Shown: one piece after another, positions 45,991 through 57,314 of the stretch
Layout of the letters: the number at the start of each line of letters is the position of its first letter
Numbering within the stretch: position 1 is the first letter of the stretch
From: Desulfomonilia bacterium
Lineage (GTDB): Bacteria > Desulfobacterota > Desulfomonilia > UBA1062
Direction of reading: 5' to 3'
NCBI GenBank assembly: GCA_963664325.2
Contig: CAXXDQ010000007.1
Coordinates: 64,001-128,000 of the forward strand
DNA length: 64,000 nt
Notes under the pieces: generated by a model
The model's input: the letters and a program-made list of their open reading frames with translations, nothing else
What the model was told of the DNA's origin: nothing
The model's database searches: none
Position numbers and translations under genes: made by a program

Positions 45991-47724
45991 GTGAACATGA
46001 AAAAGGTTTTATCCGGTAACGAGGCAATTGCTAGAGGGGCATACGAGGCGGGAGTAAGGATTGCTTCGGCCTATCCAGGAACCCCCAGCACTGAAATTCT
46101 TGAGACGATGGCCAAGGAATATAAAAACATCCTGTCCGAGTGGGCGCCGAATGAGAAGGTCGCACTTGAAGTCGCATCCGGCGCATCCTATGCTGGAGCC
46201 AGGACCATGGCCGTTATGAAGCATGTCGGAGTAAACGTTGCGGCCGACCCTTTGATGACACTTCCGTACACTCTTGTCAGGGGCGGGCTTGTACTTGTAA
46301 GCGCAGATGACCCGGAGCTGTTTTCCTCGCAGAACGAGCAGGACAACCGCCATTATGCCAGGTTTGCAAAAATTCCCATGCTGGAGCCTTCTACCTCGCA
46401 GGAAGCGAAGGATTTCGTCATTCATGGCATGAAAATCAGCGAGGAGTTTGAAACGCCTCTCATGCTCAGGACGACAACCCGCATTTCGCACTCGATGGGC
46501 GTCGTCGAAACAGGCAATCCCCTTGAGGTCAAGGCCCCGGCGCTTGAAAGGCATCCCAGGGAATGGGTCATGCTACCCGCCAATGCAAGGGTGCGCCACC
46601 CGGTCATTGAAGAGAGGATCATCAGGCTCAGGGAGCTTTCGAACAGCTCACCGCTCAACTATGAAGAAATGGGCGACAAATCCATAGGAATTATTTCTTC
46701 CGGCATAGCGTACCAGTACGCAAAAGAGGCGATGCCGGGAGCCTCGTTCCTGAAGCTTGGCATGTCCTATCCCTTGCCGGATGAGAAAATAAAGAAGTTT
46801 GCGGCCAAGGTAAAGGAACTGTGGATTGTGGAAGAACTCGACCCGTTCTTTGAAGAGCAGGTCAAGGCGATGGGCATAGCCTGCAGGGGCAAGGATGCCA
46901 TCCCGATGTGCGGGGAATTGAATCCCGATATCGTAAAAGAGGCTATAACAGGCAAAAAAACTGGCAGACCTGCAGCGGCAAGTCTTCCCGGAAGGCCGCC
47001 CAGCATGTGCCCGGGATGCCCACACCGCGGGATGCTATGGGCGATGCGGCGAAACAAGGCATTCATTGCCGGCGATATAGGCTGCTACACTCTGGGGTTC
47101 CTGCCGCCGCTCGATGCAATCGATACATGCCAGTGCATGGGCGCCGGAATCAGCCACGCGCACGGGATGTCAAAGGTGTTCGGGGCCGGGAAGGAAAAGA
47201 TCACGGCCGTAATAGGGGATTCCACTTTTTACCATTCCGGTCTCACCGGACTCTTGAATCTGGCGTACAACAACGGGGTCGCGTTAATAGTCATACTTGA
47301 CAACAGCACGACCGCAATGACCGGTGCGCAGAACCATCCGGGGACCGGCACAACGCTGATGGGCAGCAAGACGATTGATATAGACCTGGCCAGGGTAGTC
47401 AGGGCCCTGGGCATCAAATGGGTCGAAACAGTCAATCCCTATGAATTGAAGAATACCCGCAAAAAGGTAAAAGAGGCGCTGGAATTCGACGGGCCTTCGG
47501 TGATCATTTCAAAGGCCCCGTGCGTACTCCTGAAATCAAAGGCGGTATCAGGCAAACCGCTCAGGGTTGAAAAAGAAAAATGCACGAACTGCAAGGTATG
47601 TATCTCGCTTGGATGTCCGGCAATAGAGGCAAATGAGGATTCTGTCAAAATAAACTCCCTGTGCGTGGGCTGCGGGATTTGCGCCGAAATATGTGCGCCC
47701 GGCGCCATAGGAGGTGCGGAATGA
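45991..47724 (+). CDS. iorA: Indolepyruvate:ferredoxin oxidoreductase alpha subunit
   Basis: GNEAIARG, YPGTPS.E, MKHVG, CPGCPH, DIGCY, IGDSTF and AMTG.Q motifs. C-terminal 2x[4Fe-4S] ferredoxin. Confidence 0.95.
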   Translation: MNMKKVLSGNEAIARGAYEAGVRIASAYPGTPSTEILETMAKEYKNILSEWAPNEKVALEVASGASYAGARTMAVMKHVGVNVAADPLMTLPYTLVRGGLVLVSADDPELFSSQNEQDNRHYARFAKIPMLEPSTSQEAKDFVIHGMKISEEFETPLMLRTTTRISHSMGVVETGNPLEVKAPALERHPREWVMLPANARVRHPVIEERIIRLRELSNSSPLNYEEMGDKSIGIISSGIAYQYAKEAMPGASFLKLGMSYPLPDEKIKKFAAKVKELWIVEELDPFFEEQVKAMGIACRGKDAIPMCGELNPDIVKEAITGKKTGRPAAASLPGRPPSMCPGCPHRGMLWAMRRNKAFIAGDIGCYTLGFLPPLDAIDTCQCMGAGISHAHGMSKVFGAGKEKITAVIGDSTFYHSGLTGLLNLAYNNGVALIVILDNSTTAMTGAQNHPGTGTTLMGSKTIDIDLARVVRALGIKWVETVNPYELKNTRKKVKEALEFDGPSVIISKAPCVLLKSKAVSGKPLRVEKEKCTNCKVCISLGCPAIEANEDSVKINSLCVGCGICAEICAPGAIGGAE

Positions 47725-48281
47725 ACGTTCTAATGACGGGGGTCGGCGGACAGGGCATAATCCTGGCTTCAGACATACTTTCAGAGGTCATGATGAGGGC
47801 CGGCATGGATGTGAAAAAATCAGAGATACACGGCATGGCGCAAAGGGGCGGGAGCGTAATGTCCCATGTGCGCTTCGCTGACAAGGTCTATTCTCCGATC
47901 ATTCCGCAGGGCGAATGTGATATCATGGTTTCATTCGAGGAGCTGGAGACGGCCAGGTATCTTTCCTTCCTGAACAGCAACTCAAGGGTCATAATCAATA
48001 AATTCAGGCTTTCTCCACCATCGGTTGCTGCAGGCAAGGACCAGTATCCGGATGTTTTGCCGCTGATAAAGGATATTACAAAAAATGTCAGTGTTGTCGA
48101 GGGCAGCAAAGCTGCCAAAGAGATTGGCAATCCGAGGGGGGTCAACATAGTCCTTATGGGAGTCCTTTCCAAATACCTGGATTGCCCGGAAAGCACCTGG
48201 ATTGAAACACTCAACGATATGATTGCCGAGAAGATAAGGAAGGCGAATATTGAAGGCTTCATGAAGGGCCGGACGCTGTGA
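47721..48281 (+). CDS. iorB: Indolepyruvate:ferredoxin oxidoreductase beta subunit
   Basis: GVGGQG and SEIHGMAQRGGSV.SHVR motifs. ATGA overlap with iorA. Confidence 0.95.
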   Translation: MNVLMTGVGGQGIILASDILSEVMMRAGMDVKKSEIHGMAQRGGSVMSHVRFADKVYSPIIPQGECDIMVSFEELETARYLSFLNSNSRVIINKFRLSPPSVAAGKDQYPDVLPLIKDITKNVSVVEGSKAAKEIGNPRGVNIVLMGVLSKYLDCPESTWIETLNDMIAEKIRKANIEGFMKGRTL

Positions 48282-48422
48282 AATAATGAGGCTGCTTAAT
48301 CGTCTGCGCCATATGCAGTGAAAGCGGTTCCGGTCATTGTAAAACGCGGGCATAGTAACAGGAAAGCGGTTTTAGGCAATATTTTTTAAAAGGAATAAAC
48401 AAAGAATTTTCAGGAGGATAAG

Positions 48423-49724
48423 ATGATTTTCAATTACGAGTTCGAAACACTTCCCAGAGAGGCCCTGGAGGCGCTCCAGGTCAAGAGGCTGCGCCAGGTG
48501 GCGGACAGGGTCTATCATACGGTGCCCTTTTACAGGAAGGCATTCGACGACCTGAAGGTGAGGCCGGAACAGATCAAGGGCCTCGACGACCTCAAGAGAC
48601 TCCCGTTCACAACCAAGAAGGATTTGCGCGACAACTATCCTTTCGGTCTCTTTACCGTTCCAATGAGCAACGTGGTCAGGATACACGCATCATCGGGTAC
48701 CACCGGCAAACCAACAGTCGTCGGATATACCAAGCGCGATATTGACATGTGGGCGGAACTGATGGCAAGGTGCTTTGCCGCCGCCGGTCTTACCAATCAT
48801 GACGTCATTCACAATGCCTACGGCTACGGGCTGTTCACGGGCGGCCTTGGAGCCCATTACGGTGCTGAAAGGCTCGGAGCAAGCGTCATCCCCATGTCGG
48901 GCGGAAACACGAAGAAGCAGATCATGATACTCCAGGACTTCGAGCCGACGGCCATCTGCTGTACGCCGTCATATGCACTTTTCCTTGCAGAGGCCGGGGA
49001 GGAGCTGGGCGTCGATATGAAGGCCCTCAAGCTGAGAACAGGCATCCTGGGCGCAGAACCCTGGAGCGAAAGGATGCGCCAGGAAATCGAAACCAAGCTT
49101 GCAATTGAAGCGCTTAATATCTACGGCCTTTCAGAAATAATCGGACCGGGCGTTTCAATGGAATGCATCGAGGCCAAGAAAGGCATGCACATATTCGAAG
49201 ATAATTTCATCGTGGAGGTCATCGATCCTGAAACAGGAGAGCAGCTTCCATACGGTGATAAAGGCGAGCTGGTGTTTACGACAATAACGAAAGAGGCCTT
49301 CCCGCTCATCAGATACCGCACCAAGGACATATCTATGCTCTATCCGGAAATCTGCAAATGCGGCAGGACCTTTGTTCGGATGGAGAGGGTGACGGGACGC
49401 AGCGATGACATGCTCATCATCAGGGGCGTAAACGTCTATCCGTCGCAGATAGAGAGCGTGCTGCTTGAAATCGAAGGGCTTGAGCCTCACTATCAGCTCA
49501 TAGTTGACAGGGAAGGTTCTCTTGACACCCTTGAGGTCCAGGTCGAAGTCAGCGAAAAAATAGTTTCAGATGAGATCAAGGTCATGCAGGGACTTCAGAA
49601 GCGCCTTGGCAAGGACATAAAGGACCTGCTCGGCGTTACGGCAAAGATAAAGCTTGTTGAGCCAAAGACCCTTCAGAGATTCGAGGGCAAGGCCCAGAGA
49701 GTAACCGACAAACGCAATATCTAA
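48423..49724 (+). CDS. paaK: Phenylacetate-CoA ligase family
   Basis: [38 protein letters not shown] and [13 protein letters not shown] motifs. Confidence 0.93.
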   Translation: MIFNYEFETLPREALEALQVKRLRQVADRVYHTVPFYRKAFDDLKVRPEQIKGLDDLKRLPFTTKKDLRDNYPFGLFTVPMSNVVRIHASSGTTGKPTVVGYTKRDIDMWAELMARCFAAAGLTNHDVIHNAYGYGLFTGGLGAHYGAERLGASVIPMSGGNTKKQIMILQDFEPTAICCTPSYALFLAEAGEELGVDMKALKLRTGILGAEPWSERMRQEIETKLAIEALNIYGLSEIIGPGVSMECIEAKKGMHIFEDNFIVEVIDPETGEQLPYGDKGELVFTTITKEAFPLIRYRTKDISMLYPEICKCGRTFVRMERVTGRSDDMLIIRGVNVYPSQIESVLLEIEGLEPHYQLIVDREGSLDTLEVQVEVSEKIVSDEIKVMQGLQKRLGKDIKDLLGVTAKIKLVEPKTLQRFEGKAQRVTDKRNI

Positions 49725-49738
49725 GGAGGGAGACGATT

Positions 49739-50170
49739 ATGAAGGTTGAACAGATTTCGATATTCCTTGAAAACAAGCCTGGCGGCCTTTCCGAGGTGAC
49801 GAGAATCCTTAAGGAAAACAACATAAACATCAGGGCGTTATCGCTCGCCGATACGACCGATTTCGGGATATTGAGACTCATTGTCAATGATGTTGAAAAG
49901 ACCAAGGAAAAACTCAAGGCGGCCGGCCTGAGTGTCGGCCGGACCACCGTCGTCGCACTTGAAGTGCCGGATACGCCGGGAGGACTCAACAGCATCCTCG
50001 AGGCCTTGTCAAAAGAAGGCATCAATGTGGAATACATGTACGCATTTATTCAGAGCAGCGGGAAAAATGCGGTTATAATTTTCCGGTTCGACAATACCGA
50101 CCGTGCGATTGAAATACTCACAGGCGCCGGTTTTAAAGTCCTTTCCGGGGAAAAGGTCTATTCATTATAA
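49739..50170 (+). CDS. Tandem ACT domain protein (paaK-associated)
   Basis: [27 protein letters not shown] and D.PGGL...INVEYMYAF motifs. Confidence 0.92.
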   Translation: MKVEQISIFLENKPGGLSEVTRILKENNINIRALSLADTTDFGILRLIVNDVEKTKEKLKAAGLSVGRTTVVALEVPDTPGGLNSILEALSKEGINVEYMYAFIQSSGKNAVIIFRFDNTDRAIEILTGAGFKVLSGEKVYSL

Positions 50171-50205
50171 GTTATGTAAAGCTGAAATTACAAAGAAGGG
50201 TGAAC

Positions 50206-50271
50206 AAGAGGCACAAAGGCACAGGGTTTAAGGATTTTGGTACAAACTTTGTGCTTATGTGCCTCTTTTTT
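50206..50271 (+). terminator. Long imperfect hairpin plus U-tract after the ACT gene
   Basis: AAGAGGCACAAAGGCACAGGG ... CTTTGTGCTTATGTGCCTCTT followed by T's. Confidence 0.6.
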
Positions 50272-50447
50272 AAAACCCCGTACCTCTGTATTTAAATCCG
50301 GCCTGATGTTTATCAACACTTTATTACTTCATGTTTTAAAAAATGCATCTGGACAAAATCATGTCAGTTATTGTTAAGAATTTAATAGATTTAATGATAA
50401 TTAATATAAATGAATAATCTGCCGATAAAAGAAATAGAAGGAACAGT

Positions 50448-50978
50448 ATGAAAAAATTAATTGCCGATATCAAAGGCGTAACTCTGATGGAACTTGTTAT
50501 AGCGCTTACGATTGTCGCGATCGGAGCAGCCATTGCGGCCCCCAACATGAGCGGATGGATGGCGAGATCAAAAATAAACGCAGAGGCAAGGAATGTCTAT
50601 TCCGTATATCAGCTTGCCCGTTCAGAGGCAATAAAGAGAAACCGGGATGTAACGGTAGGAATTGTTTTCGGGTCAAATTACGGTCAGAGCGTTATCTGTT
50701 CCTGTGTCGGGACAAATGCAGATGTGCAGGCCTGGCTAGGCGGTACCAATCCACCCGCTATTATTACACCAATGACTACACTGCCTAGCGATATCAAATT
50801 GAGCTTGGTCGGAAATACCAGTTATGCCGGTCTGAGAACATGGGACTTTACATCAAGAGGTACATTTGTCAGCGGGAATGAAAATCAACCTTTTGATATG
50901 ATTAACAAGAAGCTAGCATCCTCAAATTTCAAGAAAAGCTTCACGTTCACAATTGGCGGTAGCATTACAATACATTAA
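50448..50978 (+). CDS. Type IV minor pilin, FimT/FimU (GspH-like)
   Basis: Prepilin site KG|VTLME and ARSEAIKRN..V motif. Confidence 0.88.
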   Translation: MKKLIADIKGVTLMELVIALTIVAIGAAIAAPNMSGWMARSKINAEARNVYSVYQLARSEAIKRNRDVTVGIVFGSNYGQSVICSCVGTNADVQAWLGGTNPPAIITPMTTLPSDIKLSLVGNTSYAGLRTWDFTSRGTFVSGNENQPFDMINKKLASSNFKKSFTFTIGGSITIH

Positions 50979-51081
50979 TTGTTTAAGATTTTTTCCTGAA
51001 ACGCCGATTTGTAATTTATATATGAGTACTTTTAATAATATCAATAAAAGTACAATAATAAAATCCCCGGTGTTTCCCAGT

Positions 51082-51855
51082 ATGAAATCTGTGCCAGTCT
51101 GTTTAACAAAGGCAAGAAACGATTTATCACCAAAAAAACAATATTCCAAATATATCAAGGGGTTCACTCTGATAGAAATACTTGTCGCAATGCTCCTGGG
51201 GCTGATTGTAATGGCAGCCGTTTTTTTCTATTACAACACCATAAACAGCAGCGGGATATCACAGCGGGAGATAACCGCAATCCAGAATGACCTCATTGCC
51301 GTAACCGAGACCATGGAAACGGATTTAATGAATGCAGGCTGCAACCCAAAAACGACCTCATCGTTTTCCGGCTATAACGGTGTTTACTATAAATATTCAG
51401 GGCCGGGCTCGATCATGGTCAATGCCGATTTGGATAAAAACGGGGTTTATTCAGGAGACAACAGGCCGGCCTCGTATTCTGAAAACGAGAGGATTATTTA
51501 CCGCATAAACAAGGCGGCACAAACGCTTGAAAGAATATATTACGAATATAACGGCAGCACCTATATAAAAACAGTCACCCAGCCGATCTTAAAAAATGTC
51601 ACAAATTTCAATATTACCTACTGGAGCACCGCCCTGAACGAGTATGTCACTCCTTCTTCGGACATTACATACCCTGCGACTCTCCCATCCGGATGGACAG
51701 TGCCAGCAAGCGATAACACATTAACAAGCGCAGAAGCGGCCAGGGTGAAAGCGGTAGTTGTTAAAATTACCGCCAGGACTGATAAAAAAGACCCCCACAC
51801 GGGACAGTACGCAGAGAGGTCGGCGGAAAAGTGGATTGATATGAGGAACCGGTAA
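51082..51855 (+). CDS. Type IV minor pilin, PilW-like
   Basis: KG|FTLIEILVAM and DL.NAG motif. Start uncertain (51022 or 51082). Confidence 0.82.
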   Translation: MKSVPVCLTKARNDLSPKKQYSKYIKGFTLIEILVAMLLGLIVMAAVFFYYNTINSSGISQREITAIQNDLIAVTETMETDLMNAGCNPKTTSSFSGYNGVYYKYSGPGSIMVNADLDKNGVYSGDNRPASYSENERIIYRINKAAQTLERIYYEYNGSTYIKTVTQPILKNVTNFNITYWSTALNEYVTPSSDITYPATLPSGWTVPASDNTLTSAEAARVKAVVVKITARTDKKDPHTGQYAERSAEKWIDMRNR

Positions 51856-52311
51856 ATGGAAAAGCAAAAACATATCCCGGGAAAAAGAGGGTTTAGCTTG
51901 ATAGAGATACTGGTGGCTATTGCGATCTTTACCTGCGCCATGTTTGCCGGAATCAAGCTTGTCAATTCCGCGACGGAAAACAATGCTTACAGCAGGAATT
52001 CCATGACCGCGGTTTACTGGGCCGAAAGTGTTGTTGAATGGCTCAGGTATCAGCCTGTCTGCCTGTCCGTGGATGGCAAGACCGGAAACTGCCTGACGCG
52101 CAATAAAGACTATTATGGCGAGACGCTCCCGTTTACCAGGTCGATACCCGATTATCAGGTAATAAACGGCATCCATTACAACCTGACCTGGACCGTTTCC
52201 GAGATACCGGATTCAGGTTCGGAAAAAGTGGATGTTAAACTGGAGTGGAGCGAAAAAAGTTCACCCCGCTCATTTGCTTTAACATTTATCAAGGGAAGGA
52301 ATTCGGGATGA
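51856..52311 (+). CDS. Type IV minor pilin, PilV-like
   Basis: RG|FSLIEILVA, A...AE..E.L and V.LEW motifs. Confidence 0.82.
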   Translation: MEKQKHIPGKRGFSLIEILVAIAIFTCAMFAGIKLVNSATENNAYSRNSMTAVYWAESVVEWLRYQPVCLSVDGKTGNCLTRNKDYYGETLPFTRSIPDYQVINGIHYNLTWTVSEIPDSGSEKVDVKLEWSEKSSPRSFALTFIKGRNSG

Positions 52312-52781
52312 AGATCGACAATAAAGGTTCGGCCGTCCTGATGATCGTACTCATAGTCCTGATTGCCGCCCTGGTGGTAAGCATGTTTGTCGCTTATAAC
52401 GCATTTTTCGGGCTCAAGATCGCCGGCAACCAGAAAAACTATGCCCAGGGAATATATGCTCTGGATTCCGTATCCTCCTGGTTTCTCGAAGACCCTGACC
52501 GCATAATCGACTCCGCAGGCACGAAATATACCGAGAATGAAGAAGACAGGAAAACGATAGCGGGCAGCCTGCTGCCCGACTATACTATTCCCAACCAGGG
52601 CAGCCTCAGAGACAACGTGACCCTGGAAGTAGCACTGGGCCATACCAGCATGCCTGCTGCGGGCACCGGGAACAGCGTATGGCATGTCCAGGCCTTTAAT
52701 TTTCATGCCACGGCAACGCATAAAAAGACCGACAAGAAGGTTATGATAGGGAGACAGGTAATACTTCCAAAACCTCACTAG
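52308..52781 (+). CDS. PilX-like minor pilin
   Basis: KG|SAVLMIVL lacks Glu5, as in PilX/GspK. IAGN motif. ATGA overlap with the pilV-like stop. Confidence 0.75.
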   Translation: MKIDNKGSAVLMIVLIVLIAALVVSMFVAYNAFFGLKIAGNQKNYAQGIYALDSVSSWFLEDPDRIIDSAGTKYTENEEDRKTIAGSLLPDYTIPNQGSLRDNVTLEVALGHTSMPAAGTGNSVWHVQAFNFHATATHKKTDKKVMIGRQVILPKPH

Positions 52782-52812
52782 AATGCATGACCGGGTAACA
52801 GGGGGATAACGG

Positions 52813-55800
52813 ATGAATAGAAAAAGAATGGTCTTTTTTCCCTTGATGATTCTTATTATGATCATACCCTCAAGTTTTTATGCCATGGAGCCGCTGGGTG
52901 ATACGGGCATGTTCGTAAACAATACGGCCATGGTCCCGAATGTGCTTATCATCCTGGACAATTCTTTTGATATGAATGAAAAAATATGCAGCCAGGCCTA
53001 TAATAAGACTACGAATTATTGCAGCCAGGGATGCAACAATGTGTGCAAGTATGTAAACGAATCCATCTATTACAAGGAAGATTTTTCAGACCACTGGAGC
53101 CTGCTCACAGACAATATCTCCAACCTTGAAAGCGGCTGCACGGATGGAATCAAAGCCGCACTCAATGCCCAGGGCTTTTATGACCCGTACGATGACGCCT
53201 GCGTAAGCAAATATGGAGACCATACCGTCTGCCTTAATTCCCATCTGCTTGCCCATTGCAGGCTGGAATGCGATTACTGGCAGTGCATGTGCGGCTATCA
53301 CAGGGTGGCGACAGGACATTACCTCAATTTCAAGTACTGCAACAAATATTCCGACCCGTCGTGCCCGAGCCGGTATGATTATGCCAGGCAGAGGCTTTTC
53401 GAGATCGTGAACGACCTGGGCATAGATAAAACCGCCCCGGCCGGGGTAAGCAACCAGCTCATGAAGCTAGGGATCATGTCATTTGCCACGGTTCCGCACG
53501 ACCAGTACTGCAGAATATGGGGTTGCGAAACCGTTGAAGACAAGACATGCGGCCTGAACAAAAACGAACAGTGCCAGAGAAATTATATGGGTGCCTATGT
53601 CGTAGCCCCGATAGGGTCCGGCTACGGGAGCTGCAAGGCCATCCCCGGGGACAGCGATTTCCAGCGGGCGCTCAACGAAGTAACCCTCGAGTCATCGGCG
53701 ACGGCAGGCATGCCCCTGGCCGAGGGGCTTGCCGAGGCCGGGCTTTATTTTGCGGGTCAGCCTTCATGGTCATTCAGGAGATACGGCAAGGGTTATAAAA
53801 ACAGGGACTATTCGGTTCCCCAGTATATCAGTGATCATTTCAACCCTTCATCATATAAATCCCAGTTCATCGACGAATCAACCATGACATACTATTCACC
53901 GATCAACTGGAGGTGCCAGAAAAACTATATAATCCTGCTCACGGCCGGCAACCCGAAACAGAGGACTGAAGACGGTGTATTCAGGGCGTTCAGAGACAAC
54001 TGCGCATGGTCCTGCAATGACGTGGAAAAGATAGCCGACTGGAACCTTTTTACCGGAAACAAGTGGAGGCCGGACAGCTGCCAGGGCTATATGAAGGTAT
54101 GGGATGCAGGGGACGCCGAGCAGTGCCTGCCGATTGCGAATACCGGCACAAGTGACTGGGACGCAAGCGATGTCGCGGGGTTTTTGTACAGCAACGACAT
54201 CCTTGGCGGCAAAATACCGGACGGTCCCAAGGGCTGCAACAGAGGCGATAAGACAACTTATTTCAATGACCCTGATTACCCGAAACAGAATGTCATAACC
54301 TATGTGATAGGTTTTTCCGATGCCTCGGACTATGGCCGCGACCTTATGAAAAGAACGGCCCAGAAAGGCGGTTCGGGCAATTATTATTCGATAACGGACC
54401 AGCATGACCTTGATGCCGCATTGACGGAGATTTTCACTACGATCATGAAAAACAGCGCGGAATATGTTTCGCCAGTTGTGCCGGTCAGCAGGCAGAACGG
54501 CATATATGCCGGAGATTCGGTATATCTGGGCCAGTTCAAGACGGCCTCGGGCGTGCCCTGGATAGGCAACCTTAAAAAATACTGGCTCGATACAAAGGGG
54601 AATATCCTTCAAAAAGACGGGACCGTGGCCACATGCTGCGATGTTGACGGCAACTGCAGGTATACCGCGGCGGATGTATCATGCACGGATTCGGCAGGCA
54701 ATGTTTACAGGGATATGATCAAGGACAGCTCGACTTCTTCCTGGTCTGTTTCGGGAGACGGAAACAATGTCGAGCGGGGTGCCGCCGGCAGGATAGTAAA
54801 AGATGCCACGACGGCCAATCCGACAACCGGAAGAAAGATTCTGACATCAAAATACACCTCATCAACACTGATCGACATTACGACCTTAACGAAAGAAGAC
54901 CTTGGTCTGGCCACGGACACCGAGAAAGATGAAATACTTTCATATGTGACGGGGCTGTCTGTAGGTTCTGTAAACAATACGGAAACCAAAAAGCTTCGCA
55001 CCTGGTATATGGGCGACATAATTCATTCAAGGCCGGTAATAGTGGAAAACGGCAGCAAGTATCTCATATACGTCGGCGATAACAGCGGCCAGCTGCACTG
55101 TTTTGAAGATGACCTGGATAAATATTCGGGCACAAGAAATGCGAACGGGCAATATATGGACGGGCAAAACGCACTTTCAGAAAAATGGTCGTTTATCCCG
55201 GGAGAGTACCTGACCAAGCTGAGCAAGATCAAGAATGACAGGTATCCCCTTTATTTTGTTGACGGGAGCCCCGTAATTCATGACGCAGGGACGGAAAGGC
55301 TGATTACCTTCGGGTTCAGAAGAGGGGGCGGCAGCTACATAACGCTCAAAATAGGGGATGTCGATAGTAATGGTAATTTTACGGAAACAACCCCTGCATG
55401 GAAATGGACATATCCAAATGGGGACAAAACAATCGGCGGCAAGGGTGAGGCTTTCGGGCAGTCCTGGCTGAGGCCGATACCCTGTAACATACTGACTGCG
55501 AACGGACCTTCAAAGATGCTCATTCTTGCCGGAGGTTACGACCCCGGAGCGGAAGACGCAAATGACCCCGGCAGGCCAGACATGGCCACGAATGCGGACA
55601 CAAAGGGCAGGGGCCTGTATGCGGTTTATGCCGATACCGGCAATGCATACGGCGAATCGGTTTTTGTCAACGACAGCGAACTCCCGATATCCGGTTCGAT
55701 TGTGGATGTATTGCCTTACGACAGGACAGGTGACGGCAATATAGATACGATTTATGCGGGAGACATGAACGGAAATATCTATGTCTTCTGGAACTGGGCG

Positions 55801-56706
55801 TTAAATCCCGCTGCCGGCATCTATGAGGATACCACGACATGGCAGAAGAGGCGGATATTCACGGGCAGAAGCAAGGGCGGTGGCGGAATGATATTGAAAT
55901 TCTTCCAGGCCCCTGATGTCGTGATGGGGACGAATTACTCATATAAATGTCCCGATGACGGCTCGAGCGAATCGACACCCCTGGATTATGTCCTGATCGG
56001 CACCGGCGACAGGGAGCATCCAAGATCCGCTAAAATAACCAGCGGCTCCAAGCAGACCTATGACAGGCTCTACGGAATCAGGCATCTGTTTTATGATTAC
56101 AATGGATGCCCCTCGGCTGTTAAGTATCCACTGACTGATTCGAATTTGACAAATGTAACTAATTATACATCAACATCATACTGGCTGACGACCTATGCCT
56201 CGCAGCTTAACTGGTACATCGTGTTTGATGAAGATATAGCCTCGGGCATCTACGGCGAAAAGGTGATCTCCCAGCCGATAGTGTTTGACGGGGTCGCTTA
56301 TTTCACCACGTATATACCTCCGTTGCCCATGAACAGGAGGGCCTGCGATTTCAATTGCAACACTCACTGCAGCGACGCCGACGGCTGGTGCAAGGAGGAC
56401 AGGTGCAAACCGACCGAACTCGGCAGAACCCGCGTGTATGCCGTGGACTACAGAAACGGCAACCCCGTATGGAGCAGAGAGACTTCGGAAGGGTTGGCCG
56501 ACAGGGACGGTACGCCGGGGAAGGCCTTTATCAAGAAGGACCGCTGGATTGCAGAGGGCGTGGGTATGTCGTCCCAGCCGACCCTGATTGTGACGAAGGA
56601 CAGCCCCATCCTCCTTATAGCTACTTCAAAAGGAGTTATGAAGATCAATACCGATAAGATAAAGAAAAGGAAGAAGGGCCAGAAGAGCTACTGGATGATA
56701 AAGTAG
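52813..56706 (+). CDS. pilY1: PilY1/PilC type IV pilus tip adhesin
   Basis: Signal peptide, vWA-like PNVLIILDNS and CQKNYIILLT. Beta-propeller motifs W.GNLKKY, GDIIHSRP, E.WSFIP, YFVDGSP and DRTGDGNIDTIYAGDMNGN. Confidence 0.9.
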   Translation: MNRKRMVFFPLMILIMIIPSSFYAMEPLGDTGMFVNNTAMVPNVLIILDNSFDMNEKICSQAYNKTTNYCSQGCNNVCKYVNESIYYKEDFSDHWSLLTDNISNLESGCTDGIKAALNAQGFYDPYDDACVSKYGDHTVCLNSHLLAHCRLECDYWQCMCGYHRVATGHYLNFKYCNKYSDPSCPSRYDYARQRLFEIVNDLGIDKTAPAGVSNQLMKLGIMSFATVPHDQYCRIWGCETVEDKTCGLNKNEQCQRNYMGAYVVAPIGSGYGSCKAIPGDSDFQRALNEVTLESSATAGMPLAEGLAEAGLYFAGQPSWSFRRYGKGYKNRDYSVPQYISDHFNPSSYKSQFIDESTMTYYSPINWRCQKNYIILLTAGNPKQRTEDGVFRAFRDNCAWSCNDVEKIADWNLFTGNKWRPDSCQGYMKVWDAGDAEQCLPIANTGTSDWDASDVAGFLYSNDILGGKIPDGPKGCNRGDKTTYFNDPDYPKQNVITYVIGFSDASDYGRDLMKRTAQKGGSGNYYSITDQHDLDAALTEIFTTIMKNSAEYVSPVVPVSRQNGIYAGDSVYLGQFKTASGVPWIGNLKKYWLDTKGNILQKDGTVATCCDVDGNCRYTAADVSCTDSAGNVYRDMIKDSSTSSWSVSGDGNNVERGAAGRIVKDATTANPTTGRKILTSKYTSSTLIDITTLTKEDLGLATDTEKDEILSYVTGLSVGSVNNTETKKLRTWYMGDIIHSRPVIVENGSKYLIYVGDNSGQLHCFEDDLDKYSGTRNANGQYMDGQNALSEKWSFIPGEYLTKLSKIKNDRYPLYFVDGSPVIHDAGTERLITFGFRRGGGSYITLKIGDVDSNGNFTETTPAWKWTYPNGDKTIGGKGEAFGQSWLRPIPCNILTANGPSKMLILAGGYDPGAEDANDPGRPDMATNADTKGRGLYAVYADTGNAYGESVFVNDSELPISGSIVDVLPYDRTGDGNIDTIYAGDMNGNIYVFWNWALNPAAGIYEDTTTWQKRRIFTGRSKGGGGMILKFFQAPDVVMGTNYSYKCPDDGSSESTPLDYVLIGTGDREHPRSAKITSGSKQTYDRLYGIRHLFYDYNGCPSAVKYPLTDSNLTNVTNYTSTSYWLTTYASQLNWYIVFDEDIASGIYGEKVISQPIVFDGVAYFTTYIPPLPMNRRACDFNCNTHCSDADGWCKEDRCKPTELGRTRVYAVDYRNGNPVWSRETSEGLADRDGTPGKAFIKKDRWIAEGVGMSSQPTLIVTKDSPILLIATSKGVMKINTDKIKKRKKGQKSYWMIK

Positions 56707-56882
56707 TTCCTGCCCGGAAGCCCGATACGGGATCAACCATACATCGTCGACAGACGCCTGTTTTAATTCTTTGGCAGATATAACGGACCCGGAAAACTGA
56801 GAACAACAAGATCTAGGAGAAAAGCAGGCATATACAGCCTGTCACATGTTAAAAAGGCGGTTTAACAAAACTGGTAAGGCCT

Positions 56883-57314
56883 TTACTTCCCTCTCCATTC
56901 CTCCTGGGCGCATGTACCGTTTCCGAAACCCGGATTAGTGGCGGCTGCGTATCCCTGCAGACCGTCAGATTGCATGCAGGGTCTTCTTAAAATCGGGCTG
57001 GCTCCGCCCGGTTCGGCGTAAACGACAAACTGAGTGGCTGTCGGGAGGTTTATATTCAGGGTGTAGTACCTGGTTACTCGAGTTACGCGCAAACCATAGC
57101 TTGTCGCTAAGTCAGCAAAACTATTTATATATCTGCCTGTTTCAGCAAAGCATTTTTCATTGGCAAGCGCTAGTGCCTGTATATCTGTGTATGCCTGCGA
57201 CATTCTTCCCCTCTGCAGATAACCTGAATAGACAGGAACGGCGATTGCGGCAAGAATTCCGACAACGGCTACGACTATCATGAGTTCTGCTAGCGTAAAA
57301 CCTTTCTTGTTCAT
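56883..57314 (-). CDS. pilE: Type IV pilin, PilE-like
   Basis: KG|FTLAELMIVVAVVGILAAIAVP.Y..Y..R.R...A, E..F...GRY and a C-terminal Cys pair. Confidence 0.85.
   Translation of the reverse strand: MNKKGFTLAELMIVVAVVGILAAIAVPVYSGYLQRGRMSQAYTDIQALALANEKCFAETGRYINSFADLATSYGLRVTRVTRYYTLNINLPTATQFVVYAEPGGASPILRRPCMQSDGLQGYAAATNPGFGNGTCAQEEWRGK

Noticed and set aside
45991-50170. iorAB-paaK-ACT as a novel system
   Set aside because: This is a well-known, widespread cluster in anaerobes.
52813-56706. PilY1 as a multiheme cytochrome
   Set aside because: Despite many Cys and some His, I found no CxxCH motif.
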